Shown here in pieces: positions 39,731-54,004 of a DNA stretch of 64,000 bases. The notes under the pieces are model-generated. The model had not been told where the DNA came from. It made no database searches and saw only the letters and a program-made list of their open reading frames with translations. The stretch is taken from NCBI GenBank assembly GCA_053919585.1, contig CM132802.1. One strand, given 5' to 3'. The position numbers were made by a program, and so were the translations under genes. Within the stretch, counting starts at the first letter, position 1; every line of letters begins with the position of its first letter. This stretch comes from Euprymna scolopes (lineage: Eukaryota).

Positions 39731-41509
39731 TCTGAGTAAAGAAATATATATAGAGAGAGGTATATAAAATGGATAATCTACACGTAAATATGACTTATTT
39801 TTTTATGTTTGGTGGGATAATGTTATCACTAAACGATTGATCTAATGTGAATAAGTGTCAGAATTGTGAAGGTCATGCGAATACCACAGACTATTGCACC
39901 ATGCCCGATGCTTTGGATACTCAAGCCAAAAAATAAAAAAAAGATATTCTGTTTGTGAATTCGCATATGGGTGAAATTAGATATATATTTGTTTCCAAAA
40001 ATAGCACAATGTATTCTTCCGTTAGCTAATAGTGATACAGGAAAGAAAATTAGGATTTAGTTCAAGGGAAATAATTCTGCTATTGCATTACATTTTTTTT
40101 TCTTTCAATCATTTTCATTTATCATTTCATTGAATCTCTTCAACATGCTTACTTTTATTTAATCATTTCATCATAAAATTGTTAAATATCATTTTAAAGT
40201 ATTCATCATCATAGGGAAGAATGTGCATAACACAAGAATTGAGTTTATTAAATAACTCACAGGAAACCCCGATGTTACTCAACATTTAATGAGGATCATT
40301 ATCATGTATTTTTTTTAACTATGCTCATATTCTTCCTCTGCTTCACCTCCTAATATAGTCGGAAGAATCAGAAATGTTGAAAAATTTTTTGAATCAGTCT
40401 TTTATATTAATACATATAGTGTAAATTTCATTAAACTCGGATATACATATCTCACATTTTAAGGGGTTCTGTTGCCATGGCTCATTTAGAAGTATTTAGC
40501 ACATAGAGGGTAATGTAGAGATTCAGGACCACTTCCATTGTCTTCCTTTGAGAATTTTATTCATATGATATACATTTCATCAAAATAGGATGTATAAGTT
40601 TTAGGGGAAATTCGATCCCCATAGCTCTCTGTTAGGTTAGGAGGGCATTTGGATATTTGGGATCACTTCCATTGTCTTCTTGAAGAATTATATATATCTA
40701 GTTTAAATATAATTAAAATAATATATATTTGAAGTTTAAACAGAGAGTATATTTTCATAGCTCTCTTAGATTCAGAAGCACTTCCCTTGTCTACCTCGGT
40801 AAATTGTACATGAGAATATACTTTTAGATTTTATGTAGATTCTCTAACTTTATTTCTATAGGAAATACACAAACATCATACAAACACACATACACACAGA
40901 CATTGAGTTTTGTATATAGAGATTTTTTCAAAGTTTGAAAAATTTTAGTGTATGATTATTAACCAGTGTCAATGCCATAAACAGATGATTATCATTTTGT
41001 ATGTTGTGTTATCATGGATAAATCATGGTGGTGAGAAGAAAGATAAAAGGATAATTAGTAATTTACAGTTAGATTTGCATATACAGGTAAACCTAGTTTG
41101 AACTGGTTTACATTCTCGACTCGTGTCCCAATCAGTAGGGTTGTTCCAATTAAAAGTAGCAACGTCTTCCCTTCAATGTGGATTGTAAATTTTCTATTAA
41201 GGTGCTTATAGAAAAATTGACGAGCATTACTTGCGATGGTTACTAATAAAAACAATCTAAGCAGTTATAAATCTGCAGAAATGAACACAGAAACATGTTT
41301 TCTAATTTTAAAACGCAATTTTAACTTATATAAGGGATTGTTAAATAGCACAAAGATTGATAATGAAAAGGATAATCTAAAATGTCTTTTCTATTATATC
41401 TGCTCAAAATGAAACGATGCTGCCATATCTGTAAAACTGCAAACAATAATTGTGTAGTTAGTATTATTGAAAATGAAAACAATTAAAAAACACTTATTAA
41501 TACACCAAT

Positions 41510-41557
<48 letters not shown>

Positions 41558-42084
41558 CTTGGGAGTTATCACTTATCAAGGCCCAGAGACCACTTAAGGA
41601 TAAGGGTTAATGAATGTAAGGTGGTAGTATCGTAATCATTAATGTTGTAAATTGGGTAGAATTTGATTACTGATTATTTATTTACTGTAAAAATTCTACT
41701 TGACACTTTATACGTGCAAATTTATATTAAAAAGAAATCAATTATTAGATAATATTGTAATTTAATGGTTCTAATGTATTTAGAAATAGTTTAATACAGT
41801 TTTTGATAAGTATAGCAATTCAGAATATTTCGAAGTACGATATCAAAACATGTGGCTCAATTGTAAATTCTTACAATTAGGGCTGTGCCAATTAGGAGTT
41901 TTGTCCGCAGATGCATTTTTCTCATACAGACGGTTTGTTGAGGATAAACGTAAGGAAGATAGTTAAGATAGACACTAAGAAGGTAAAAAAAACAACTGAT
42001 GTTGTTACTAAAGCAAAGACTAATGTTAATATCCAAAAGAAAACTAGAGCACATTTGTTGCAAGGGTAAACGAATAGAGATTGA

Positions 42085-42376
42085 TGCTACTGTTCAGTCT
42101 CGAGAGACAATAGACACTCCTGTAAGGGTAGCTGTGCATGTAATTGTGAGGCAACGGTTGCGCAATCTCCAACCATACATCTCCTGAATCGGCACTGCTT
42201 GAGTCCAGTGGCAAGAAGTTCAGAACACTGGAAACAATGCCAAGATAAGCGGACAGCATATACAGCACCTGAAACTCCCAAATGGTCACCCATTTTAGTA
42301 CTGACCAGGCTCAATGTTGCTTAACTTCGGTGATCTAACGGGAACCGGTGTGTTGATGTGATTATGCCGTGTAAAC
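42085..42376 (-). mobile_element. 5S rRNA-derived SINE (SINE3-type), best-preserved copy; 5S head about 42255-42376
   Basis: Minus strand ...caccggttcccgttagatcaccgaagttaagcaacattgagcctggtcagtactaaaatgggtgacc...ggtgctgtatatgct is colinear with eukaryotic 5S rRNA. It lacks the oligo-T terminator and runs into a ~170-bp body repeated elsewhere. Confidence 0.85.
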
Positions 42377-43254
42377 GAATAAATATATGCAATAAATAAT
42401 GTATAAATATGAGTAATCACATGAAAAACGAAAAATTGCAAATTGAACTAAAATTCAGTTTTTTTCATCTAAGCCATATGCCATGTAAAATTCTGAGAAA
42501 TAGGGAGCATTAAAATTTATCGCTCCCTTTTTCCATGAAGATCGTCCACGTAGGTATCATTTAGTTCAAAATTAAAATCATTACCTTTTTTCAAAGTCAA
42601 AGAATATATTTTCTCCTAAGAAAAGGATGTTTATTCCTCAAAACATTTCATATTAAATAAGTCGAGTTGAACTCGGTCAATATTCTATTGTTTTATGCGA
42701 ATTTTATATTTAAAATTTCCAAAACGAAACAATGATGATGCAGTTTTAAAATGAATAAAATTATTTATTTATTTTTAGGGTAAGACTTTCGATATTCTTT
42801 TCAAAGCAATACTTTTTTCTTTTCAACTATGGTCTTAACAGCTGAACGTATATTTTTATATCTACGGTGGATTCCCCTCTCTTGGGGTTAATATCAAGAT
42901 AAATGAAGAAAATGAAGGGAAAATGCCTTACTTTGAGACGAATACCTTTATTGAAAGTCTTAAACTACAAATAATTTTTTTATTTAAAATTGCATTATTG
43001 TTTTGGTTTTCAAATTCTAATATAAATTATTCGCTTACTCTTCAGGTTTATGCATTTATTATTGCACAGTTTACAACTTTATTGGCTAGCTTTCTTTTGT
43101 GGAATATAGCCATAGAATATCCAATATGGATTTAAATAAGTGAGTTTCACTAATGCATGTCTAACAGTCTTTGTTTCATCACCGTTCAATGTTATGTGTC
43201 CCAAATATGTTGTTATTGGTCAATAACGCAGATGAAAAGAGATATAAGCTTTTG

Positions 43255-43460
43255 AACTAGGCGCAAAGTGTAGCATCTGTTCTAATGTTCCACTTATTTT
43301 TTTCTGTCTCCAGTTAGTGAAAGAGTAATCCGTTTAGACCGAAGCTATTTTATTTTTGTTCCGATTCAGAGTGCCTCTTTTTGAGGAGCTGAATTTTCTC
43401 CACATTAAAACCCGACCTTTTGTCTCATTCTGCCCTCGTGGGGAAGCAAATAATAGCAAA
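43255..43460 (+). repeat. Interspersed repeat family C; inverted copies at about 44745-44935, 31835-31930, 53650-53725
   Basis: gagctgaattttctccacattaaaacccgacc...ccctcgtggggaagcaaataa and its reverse complements. Confidence 0.7.
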
Positions 43461-43834
43461 TGAATAGTAAGCGCTACTTAGTTGTTGTTAAGAAATTTTG
43501 ACAACCTTAGGCAGAGGAAAAAGTGTTGTTAGGTATAAATATTGCTTCAATAAGATGGGGCAACTCCCCATACTTCAAATGACCCATTGGAATAGCTGTG
43601 AGGTCACTTTGATAATCGTCTCATTAGTAGGTGTGATTCTGAATGGGATTCATGTTAGCTGAACCTTAACATTTCATTTTTTATCTCTTATTATCTCAAA
43701 GATAATGTCTATCAAAACATTCCCTAGACTATTCCTCATCATAATAAAAATCAAGGCATTATCAAAAGAGAATGTATTTGGTGGTGTATTTTTGGATCAC
43801 CCTTTATCATTCTGAAAATGATGTTATCTCTACT

Positions 43835-43870
<36 letters not shown>

Positions 43871-44339
43871 AATTCATTAAACACACTCACAAATATTGTT
43901 ATATATGTGTGTGTGTGTGTGTGTATAACTCCATATTTGTGTGTGTGTTTAATGAACTCATATATATATATATATATATGAGAGAGAGTGAGAGATTGCC
44001 AATGATCGAATTGTCGTTTATTCAATGTCAAAGAATAGAAGCAGGTATACAGATAGTCAATTTTTTGTCACAAATGTGAGGTGAATAAAAAGCTATTGTT
44101 AATAACAAGTTAGGTAATTTATCCTCTCTTTCTGATTTTATTTTCTGGATTGCAATGAATAAATAAAAATATATTTACTGGCTTATTCATTTCGTTTAAA
44201 TCAGATAATTCTTTTGTTGGCATTGATTCCGTCCATGGTATTTTTTTTAATTAGAATCTTTTCTAGAAATACATTGGATACTTTTAAAAGAGACTGTACG
44301 AAGGTCGTTAGCATCCTAAGTGAAAGTGTTTTCATAAAA

Positions 44340-44410
44340 TGGATTAGATTCGAACATGGCACACCCAGGTTATCAGTCCGTATAGTTAACCACTTAACCA
44401 CCATCACCCT
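44340..44410 (-). mobile_element. tRNA-derived SINE head or tRNA pseudogene
   Basis: Minus strand A-box TGGTTAAGTGG and B-box GTTCGAATC at tRNA-like spacing; stems degenerate. Confidence 0.5.
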
Positions 44411-45574
44411 CTCATGTACTGGCAAGCGCTGTTTAGCTTTTCATGTACAAGAGAATTTACCCCTAATCTGTAGCTGACTTGTGACTCCCCAACCAAGTTA
44501 AAAACACCAGTTTGATTCCCAAAACATTTAACTACAGAGCAATGCTATCAATGTTGAAGTTAAACATTAACGTCATTACAGCTCTTTGAAAATTTTAAAT
44601 CACCATGGTATTTATTTGTCTCAAAGGCTGGTTGCATAATTAGCATATAATGTAGCAAGTGTTGGGCAATCTACAACTCCACATCAATTTTCAAATATCA
44701 TTTTCAATGCTACCATAAGAGGTTGTATCTAACTACCACTTTCTAATTACTTGTCTCCCCCACAAGGGAAGATTTAGAGACAAGGTCGATTATTAATATG
44801 GAGAAAATTCAGCTCTCCAAAAAGGTCTCTCTGGATTGGAATAAAAATAAAAAATTTCCTTAGTCTAGAATACTTCTCTTTCATTCACTAAGGACAGAAT
44901 AAACTGCGGAGTATCAAAACAGATATTACACTTTATTTTTCATTACTTAGGTTGGCTACCGGAAATGCTTGAAACCAAAATTTTGATTTATGAAAAACAA
45001 AAATTGTCGCATTTACAATATAAATAGTAAATAGATTAACATTTATTCATATAAAAAGGCATTGACATTTTGCTAAATTTATCTTTTAAATAACACCATA
45101 AAAATGAAAATAAATAAAAATCAATTGTTTGAGCAATGGTGTGTGTGTATGTGAGGAGGAGGGTTCAGGGGCTCTACTTTTTTAAACTTATAATTTTACA
45201 AACATCCGGAACTACACATTTAAACACAAATGCGAAACATTTGGGCACATGATCAACACAGTAATTGAGTTTAAAAACAGTAAAAAAAGAGAATGCGGAG
45301 AGAGAGCAAATCTCCTCACTAACGTAATGTACTTGCAATAACCCTTATCCCTGAGTGGCTTCCGGGCCTTGATAAGTGGTGATCACTGTGTAAAAAAAAA
45401 AAAAAAAAGAGAGAGAGAGAGAGCGCAAGTAGTCATACACTTTCTCTATTAGCTTTTCTTGTTTATGTTTTGTCAGTTTTTAGTGCTATATTAGTTTAAA
45501 TTATCTCCCTTTAAAGAAAGGTCTTAGCAATTTTATCTTTTTAATTTTATTAAATTAATTACTATTAATGTTGA

Positions 45575-45641
<67 letters not shown>

Positions 45642-46312
45642 CAAAAATAGGACAATAGAATTACAAATGAATAACACCAAAATAAATTTATTATAGACTG
45701 TTTAAAAAATGGTTATGCTAATTAGGTAATCAGATAGATGTCCTTAGTACTATAGATAAAGTATTTCAAAATATTATGCTGTAATATTGATTTAAATAAC
45801 AGTAAGCCGTTTTTCTGTGACTTCTGTTGTTGTAAAACTTCTCTTGACATATACTAGTTGAGAATCCATTCTCAACAATTAATTAGATGGGAACTGGTTT
45901 ATTTCGGTGGCCTTTTATTTGTTGAGCTGAGATATTGGTCCTGAGTCCACCCTCCCAGGCCTTGCCTCCTCTTTTTGGGTTGGAATTTTGGAGCTTATTA
46001 CTGCCTGAGGCGCCCCGACTGGGGAATGGTGATGAAGCTGCCCATGCTGTTTTTAGCAGACCAGAGTGCTTTTTCTTTAGGGGTGCTAGCTTGAAAACAT
46101 AGACCTTATCATCCATGGAGGCGATCATCTATTTCTCTTTCTCTCTCTTTGTGCATATATGTGTGTATGTATCTACATACAATTTTAAGTATCTAATTTT
46201 AGTATTTATTTTAACAGTGCTTTATATGCAAGTAGAGATAGATAGTAAGTTTTTAAAATATAAATGGCAATTAAGCTACACAAAATTTTATGTGTTTCAT
46301 CCTTATGAGGAT

Positions 46313-46713
46313 TCGCCCACTACTAAATAAATGTCTACCAAAGGTATCATTTATCAGGACATAATATTTGTCAAAGAAAGCACAAATAACAAAAATTATT
46401 ATGTAGGAATGACCTCCCTGGATTATGAAAGCATATATTACGATCAAAGAAGTACATTCAAAAACAAAAAACGATGAATAAAAACAACATTAGTAAACCA
46501 CTACTGGGAGCTCAAGGAAAGTGGGCGATCACTGATAGTAGAGTGGAAAATAATATGGAAGGCCAGCTCATGTAGAAACTTAGACGACCCATTAAGACTA
46601 TGCTTGAATGATGAATTAACTATCCTAAACTTTAAAGAATCCCAAAGTTTATTAAAAGGTAACAGTGACATAGCAAACGCATATATACACCAAATAAACT
46701 TTACCTTAGAATA
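46313..46713 (+). mobile_element. Penelope-like element GIY-YIG endonuclease pseudogene fragment
   Basis: TKGIIYQ...NYYVGMT...STFKNKKR*..TTLVNHYWELKE...VEWKII...LCLNDELTIL...SLLK matches the C-terminal GIY-YIG domain pattern of Penelope-like elements; internal stop. Confidence 0.8.
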
Positions 46714-49700
46714 AAAAAATACACAAAAGACCTCCAAAAAATACATGAATAAATAATAATAACAACAATAACAAAAATGATAATCATGATTATAATAAAA
46801 ATTAATGAATAAACAAATGCATAAAAAGCACACTAGTATAAAATAAAATGTAAGTGAAAAACATCCAGATTAAAACTAGGTCAGTTCTCAATACAAAGAA
46901 AAGAGAAATCAGATCCCTGCCAAAAAGAAGAAAGAAACAGGTGAATTAGAGGTAAAATTACCTTTGTCTGATAAACGCACGCCAATTAACTATGATAAAT
47001 GGGTGTGTGAATAACAGAGAATCTGATTGGTTGACTAGCAAATTTACAGGAACATATTAAAACATGTAACAACATCGATTCCGTACAATAGCCTGACGAA
47101 TATTCATGAGGATGAAATGCGGAAAAATATGTGTACTTTAATTGCCATATATTTTCAAAACTTACTAAAGTCGAGGTTAAGAATGTATTCGTAGGATAAA
47201 ATCCAGGTTAAGAATGTATTCGTAGGAGAATATCCACCAAGTTTATAAAATAGTGTTCAATAATAGTTATTTATATATTTATTTATTCAGGCATGTCCAT
47301 GTTTGTTTAGAGCGCAATTAAACCATGATGCTTTAATTTTATACAATTTATTTTATAAAATCAACAATAGGTTCTCTACAGTGCAATGTATTATGGATCA
47401 AGTCACTATGGGGAAACATATGAAGTTTCCTCCTGATGCACCGGGGTGGGTCCCTGACTAGAGTAGGCAATCAACTGATTCGATTAAAAAATGGACGATT
47501 TCACTAATTTCGATGACAATAAATGTATTGGAAGTGTGGAATACTTGTAGATCCTAATTCAATCATGAGCAACGTCGGGTCTCCCTGCTAGTATGAATAT
47601 ACAATTATTATTGTTTTATGTATTCATATACAGTATTATAAGGAGATATATTATGTATTAATTTTCAGTAGTTATCTCAACAATCCTCAATACATGAATA
47701 GAGCTAGGTAGTAAGTTAATAAAATATATTTATAGCAATTAAGTTATACAGAGTCATTATATATGTAATTATTTAATCAAATTCAAATATCTTGATAAAA
47801 GGAACTTAAACCAATGCTTTTTCAAAAGTGCTCAATACAAAATAGTCTTATAAATAAAATTTATATAAAGATTAAATCAGCCTACACAAAGATTTTTTGT
47901 TTTGTTTTTGTTTTCCGTGTTAACCTTGGAAAGAACGTTGTTATTTTGTTAGTCTGGATTTCTATATCTGAAATCTCTTTTGGACAATTTAGTTATTTTC
48001 AAAGCAGTCAACTGTGAATGATGTGTGCTGACCACATAAACACAAATTAATTAGTGTAGGATTGTTTAATGTTTATATAAATTTTATATATTTATATCAA
48101 TTAAACTTACAAAAATAATATTATCTTTATATTAGAACGTATTGAGAGAATAGAAAGCCCAATATACTAGATAGAGCATTGCAAAAACAAAAATAAATTT
48201 GATAATGAAAATAAAAATCGAATAAATCACAATATTTATAAATCCATCAAAAATTCAAATAACGATTTATAATTTTTCTTAAAACTTAAAAATTCTTCTT
48301 TAAATTTAAAACTTTTTTTTATATTAATGTAGTTGATTCATTTTTTTTTTTATTTTCATCGTCAATCTTAAATAATAGCCATACAAACACATATTTTGTC
48401 AACAAGGTTAATGATTTATTTTGAAATAGTTCATCTCGTGACATCGTCATTAACCATGAGTATTGTAAGACAATGCAGACATGCACATTTAAATAGATGG
48501 CATATGGAACGTGTATATATTTAGTTTCAAAAGTGACTAGAACCAACGCATTAAGTTATGATAAAAATATTTATAAGAAGATCTGTTCTGGATTTTAGAT
48601 TTGCTTAATGGACATGATGAGTCAGAAGTAATCGGGCAGTCAATGTACATCATCATAATCATATTAGCTTTAACGTCTGCTTTACATGTTGACATGTGTT
48701 GAACAGCTTTAACAAAAAGATTTTCAAACAAACCTATATGTGTCCAGATCTTTATTTAGCCTTCTTTCTCTGAAATTAATCATTATCACCCCTTTCCTGT
48801 TTTTCTTGATCTTCCTTGGCCAATTGATCCAGCTACGAAAGATATGAAGCCCAGGCAACAATAGTATGACAAGCAGATGTTTTGTTTCTCATGTGTTGAA
48901 AAAGAAAGCTTTGTACAAAATCTCATTTTGAAATTAAAACAAAAAAAAAACTTGGACACATTTTCAGAATGTTTAAAGTGTATGTAGGTCGATGGGCAAT
49001 TAAATTATTTCTTGTAATTTTTTTTTTAGATTACTTGGCTGTTGACTATACTGCACTTTCATCGTTTATATACTCTTGCAAGATTATAGAAAATAAATAA
49101 TTTATGGAATGAATATTTTAAATTATTAAGTAAAAGAATATCTTTTTTTTTTAATCTTAAAATTTTGATTTAACAAAATCTTTGATTATCACCAAGTGTT
49201 ATTTATCATTGATAAGTCCTGATTTATAATTGTTTTTATTCTAATAAAACTGTTATTGTTTAAAGTAAATTTTGATTCATTTAATCATAATTTGAAATGC
49301 AAACATTTTTTTCAGATGGATCAATGTGCAGAAGATTACAATTTTCGAATATGTACTTTAGATAGTTATTTCATGTCTTCTGTTTAAGAGTGTCGAAAAT
49401 AAATAATTGGTGAATATTGTTTACTACTTAAAACTATTAAATCAAGCTTGAACTTGATCAGTACGGTTTGAATTTGCTCATGACATTTTTGATTGTGAAG
49501 ATAATTTTATAGTTGAAAGATTGTAAAAATGAAATGAATCTCTGGTATTTATTGCTACATGTTTACAAATGCTTAACATCATAAATATTTGCCATACAAA
49601 TTCTGTAATATTGTTTTAACATAAATGTATACTCGTCTGCATGATGTCGCTTTTAGACTAATATTTTTGTACAAGACAATTCATGCAGCATGAAAATGCT

Positions 49701-50102
49701 TCCGTAATGCATATTAATAAAATGGTAATCATTACTATTAGTGACATACATTATTTTAAAGGAAATACAGTTGGGAAATTAGTTAAAAAGAAATTATTTT
49801 GGTTTATCTATGTATTTATTATCTATGTGCATTAAAAATAAATATTAATACATAATTGATTTAATATTAATATATAATTAAGTTATAAGCCTTTTAAGTT
49901 AGCATAATATCGATTCTGAGCAGAGTAGCCATCTTTTTTGTAGCATAAATGTTTAAACAAGATGGCTTCTTTCCTCAAAATCAATATATGCCTGGACTTA
50001 AAAGGCTTATAACTTCTATAAAATCAATCAATCAATTAATTTTATTGGCAAAAGAACAGCAAAGTGCTACAAACCTTATAAAAAGATAAAAGATATTGCA
50101 TT

Positions 50103-50473
50103 TACGAGGGTCGTTCCAAAAGTAAAGCCTTCTATTTTTTTTACTCAACATGTTAAAGACCTACGAAGACTGAAGTGGTAGCATTAAAAGAAGCAGGATT
50201 TTTCTGCTCCAGAATTTATTTTTCTACATGGTCATCACTATTCTCAATGTACTTTTGCCAGGAATTCAGTGACTTCATTTCCGCTTCTGATGCACGTCAA
50301 TAAGAGATGTTGCTTTCTTAGAGTCTCACATCATCAATATCTGTTACAGAAATAAAACTTTCAGGCCGTGAATGCATAAGTTTATTTATCATAACAACGC
50401 AATTTGCAATCCCCTTTGATTCATTCGGGTTGAATAAAAAATAGGAGCCATTACTTTTGGAATATTCCTCATA
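50103..50473. mobile_element. mariner-type MITE with TA target-site duplication
   Basis: TA-CGAGGGTCGTTCCAAAAGTAA ... TTACTTTTGGAATATTCCTCA-TA. Confidence 0.75.
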
Positions 50474-50519
50474 TATACTGTCTGAATGTTTGTCCAAGGT
50501 TACTTTATATTTGGATATA

Positions 50520-50760
50520 GTAAGCATCATTATAACCTCCTCTGGACGGCTGTTCCAGCAATCAGAATGCTACCGTTCTTCTGTTGGTATGAAAGCAATG
50601 ATGGTACATCTTTTGTGGGTGGCCATGGAGACTGCAACTAGGCGTTAAGGAGAAAAGCTCCTCAAAAGGCAGATTCATATTACGGTTGATGATGATGTAT
50701 GAATCAGGTCCTCTTGCATCTTTTGTTGCTCAAGTGAGGACAGATATAGTTTTTAAGTTG
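50520..50760 (-). mobile_element. CR1-clade LINE 3' remnant
   Basis: Minus-strand LSSLEQQKMQEDLIHT followed by WNSRPE. Confidence 0.55.
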
Positions 50761-51357
50761 TTCTATATTAAATATTTATTCTTTCAACACAAATAAGTCA
50801 CAAATGAGTTTGATGCTTCTTTATTATTACTCACAAGTGAAAATTACACTTTACGTAAACACACGTTGCTGTACTTACATGTCATGCTGGAATAAGTATC
50901 CACACCAAAAATTAGAAAAAATGACTGAGTAAAAGATTAATTACAAATAAAACTCAATTTTATTGTAAAATGCAGTTTTATCGTATTACATTGTTCTTTT
51001 TTCTTGCTTAAATGGAAGAATGTCTTATCTCCCTGATTTATGAGAACTTCCAGTACTTCTGCTGTTATGAATGGCAGATCAAAAAATATGATAAGACCAA
51101 TGTTTATTTTTAATAAAAAGTTCTACATGATCTTCTTTTTTTATTATTTCTTGTTGAAGATAATTTTTTCTGCATGACAAATTAGTACATGAAAGTATTT
51201 CTACTTGAAATGCGATTTTCAGTTGTGATTAATAGTAAAGAACCACCTTTATTTCCCAATAGTATTTTCTTTAAAATGTCGTTATTAGTGACGATTACCA
51301 ATAAAACTTTGTAATTCATTTAAAGCAATTCTAATGAAGAATTTTTGTTTGTTGCAG

Positions 51358-51639
51358 GTAAGGAACCGACAATTCTTAAACATTTGGTTGATATTGAATC
51401 TTTTGAAGGAGAACCTGCATATTTTGAATGCCATGTTTCTGGCAATCCAATGCCAGAAGTGAAATGGTATTGCGATGATATGCCTATTAATGAATCTGTA
51501 TTTGAAGCCATTACATTGGAAGGTGGCATTTGTCGCTTGATCATTCAGGAGACATTTCCTGAAGATGAAGGCGAATACCAATGTATCGCCACAAATGAAT
51601 ATGGTTCAGCAAGCACAGTATGTGCTCTGTATGTCTCAG
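51358..51639 (+). CDS. 282-nt symmetric exon encoding one Ig I-set domain
   Basis: Acceptor tttttgtttgttgCAG, donor TCAG|GTATGT. KEPTILKHLVDIESFEGEPAYFECHVSGNPMPEVKWY...FPEDEGEYQCIATNEYGSASTVCALYVS is a canonical titin-type I-set domain. Confidence 0.93.
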
Positions 51640-54004
51640 GTATGTCGTGTCTTGACTTTTCATCATTTTCCAGCAACAATTTTTTTTTAAATATATGAAA
51701 CAGGTGTTAAAAACGTTAAATATAAATTGACTACAAGTTTGAAAGTTATCCATTACAGAATAAAATTCTGCAATTTGATATTTTAAAATAACAGTTTGAA
51801 TGCAAAAATGCGGTAAACCCAATTTGCTTAAATTGAGACATTATGCATTAAAAACACAAATATATAAAATCTTTATTTGGACAAAAAGTTTATTTTAATT
51901 GAAAGCAAAAATAAGTTATGCCAGTGTCATATCATCTAAAAACATGACTTGGAAGTTTTGAACTGTAATGGTTTTTGTAGTGATAACTTTGCAATTTTTT
52001 AAATGGCGTTTATCGCGTTTTATGTTTGAACACTTCAAATTTTGCATGCAGTGTTGTTTTTAGTGTTTTATTGATTCATTTTTAAAAACCTCTCTTAATA
52101 ATTCTCATCTGTTTTCAGAATGTTTAAATGTTCTTTTTATATGACTTTTCAACCTCAATATTATAATTTTGCCTATCCCAATAACCTTTGACCAATTATA
52201 TTATAATCCCATTGTTCAAACAATTAATCACAATTTGAAAATCAAAATACTTTGGAGTATTTAAATCAGAAAATTTTTTACCTAATTTCCGATGCCAAAA
52301 ACGATTCTTTTAATTATTATTTTTTTTAAAACTTAATTTTCTTTTGCTAGTACTAATGATACTATAATAAATATTTATTGATTTTAAACTACCAACAAAA
52401 CTAAAACTTATAAATCATAATAACGAATTTAGATAAAAATGACACCGGAAATATGGCCTGGTAAAAATAACACGAGCAAAAATGGCACGAGTAGATCAAT
52501 AGGAAAAATGGCACAAGTAAAAAGTATAGATAAAAATCCCATAATCAGTTTATAAAAATCTTGAACACAAGGAAGGGGAAACATTAAAAAGCTGGTTAAA
52601 TTAAAAAGAAAATGTTATCTACATTTACCCCAATGCAAACTTTGAGGTACATGAATACATGGCAGAACAGATAATGGTGATTTTTATACTAATAAAGCAC
52701 CATTTATCAAGGCCATTTATCAAGGCCCAAAATCCATTTAAGCATAAGGGTTAATAGAGTGTTAGCTGAATGATAAACAACACTATGAGAAGATTAGATA
52801 ACGATGGCTGGAAATGGTAGAATCTGATTACTTAAAGATGACAGATTGGCAAGTGTTTGTTAACATTTGACTTTAAAACGGCTATGTTGGAATCAGCAGG
52901 GAAGCAGTCTCATGGTATTGTTCGACAGAGTGGAAGTTAATATTGGACTTGAATAAGAGTGTTAAGTAACAATCAGTTCTAAGTGACAGTCTCTTCTGGA
53001 GGTTGAAAGTTCAATCCTTATTACAAGCACTACTAACTAAAAGTAGAATTAAAATTATTTTAGACTTCCATCTGTTTATGGATAATAAAGTAACAATTTA
53101 TTCGATCGATTAAGTGAAGATTTCAGTTTGAAATTTTGTAGTAATTTCTGATTTCAACATAAATATTCTCTAACTTGACAAGAAACATCTAAAATAAGGA
53201 CAGCAGTCCTAATAATCAATCCTTATTTAAAAAATTTCAAAACTTAATACAACTATTTTAAAAATTTGTACCAACATGCAGAAATTTAAATGTAACGTCA
53301 ATAAGCGTTTTGTTGCCTAACTCGTCACTTAGGTTGCTCCCAACCCCTATAAATCTGGTCCCCAAAACAACAACCCCACATACTTCACTGGCATATATAT
53401 ATATATATATATATATATACTTTTTTGGAATGGACAAAGTAAACAAAATATTTAGGACACCCCCAAAAACTTAATCATCAGTCTGTATTGTTTCCTTTTA
53501 ATTTAAATCAATAAATATATTTCAAGTGCATTAGAAAACAATATTAACGTTTGGATTGGTTTTTTGTAATTGTTAAAAAAAAAATTGCAGAAAAATATAC
53601 AAATAAACAATGCTAAATAACCATTTTCAAGAATTTTTTCATAATAATATTTTTACTTGCCTTCCTAGGAGGGAAGAATTATACATAAGGTCGGTTTCTA
53701 ATGTGGGGAAATCCAGCTCCCTCTAAAATGCAGCACTCTTGATTGTTATAAATATAAATATGTCTCAGTCCAAAAGGATTTCTCTTTCACTGACCGACGA
53801 CTGAAAAGATGTTGTACAGTATCAAAACAGATACTACACTTTGCCCCCAAGTGTTAGAAGGTGTACGTTTATTTTTCTTTAGTAATATGCTATGTCACAG
53901 CTCAATCTTGTTATGCCAGCAATTAAATACTCCATTATATGATTATCATTTAATTGGTCAATGGTTACATTTGCTTTGTTTGACACAAAATTTTAAGACT
54001 TGAT

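Noticed and set aside
42255-42376. Functional 5S rRNA gene
   Set aside because: Box C and stems are diverged, there is no oligo-T terminator, and it is fused to a dispersed repeat body.
46501-46833. 110-aa hydrophobic minus-strand ORF
   Set aside because: Antisense to the Penelope GIY-YIG remnant and its A-rich tail.
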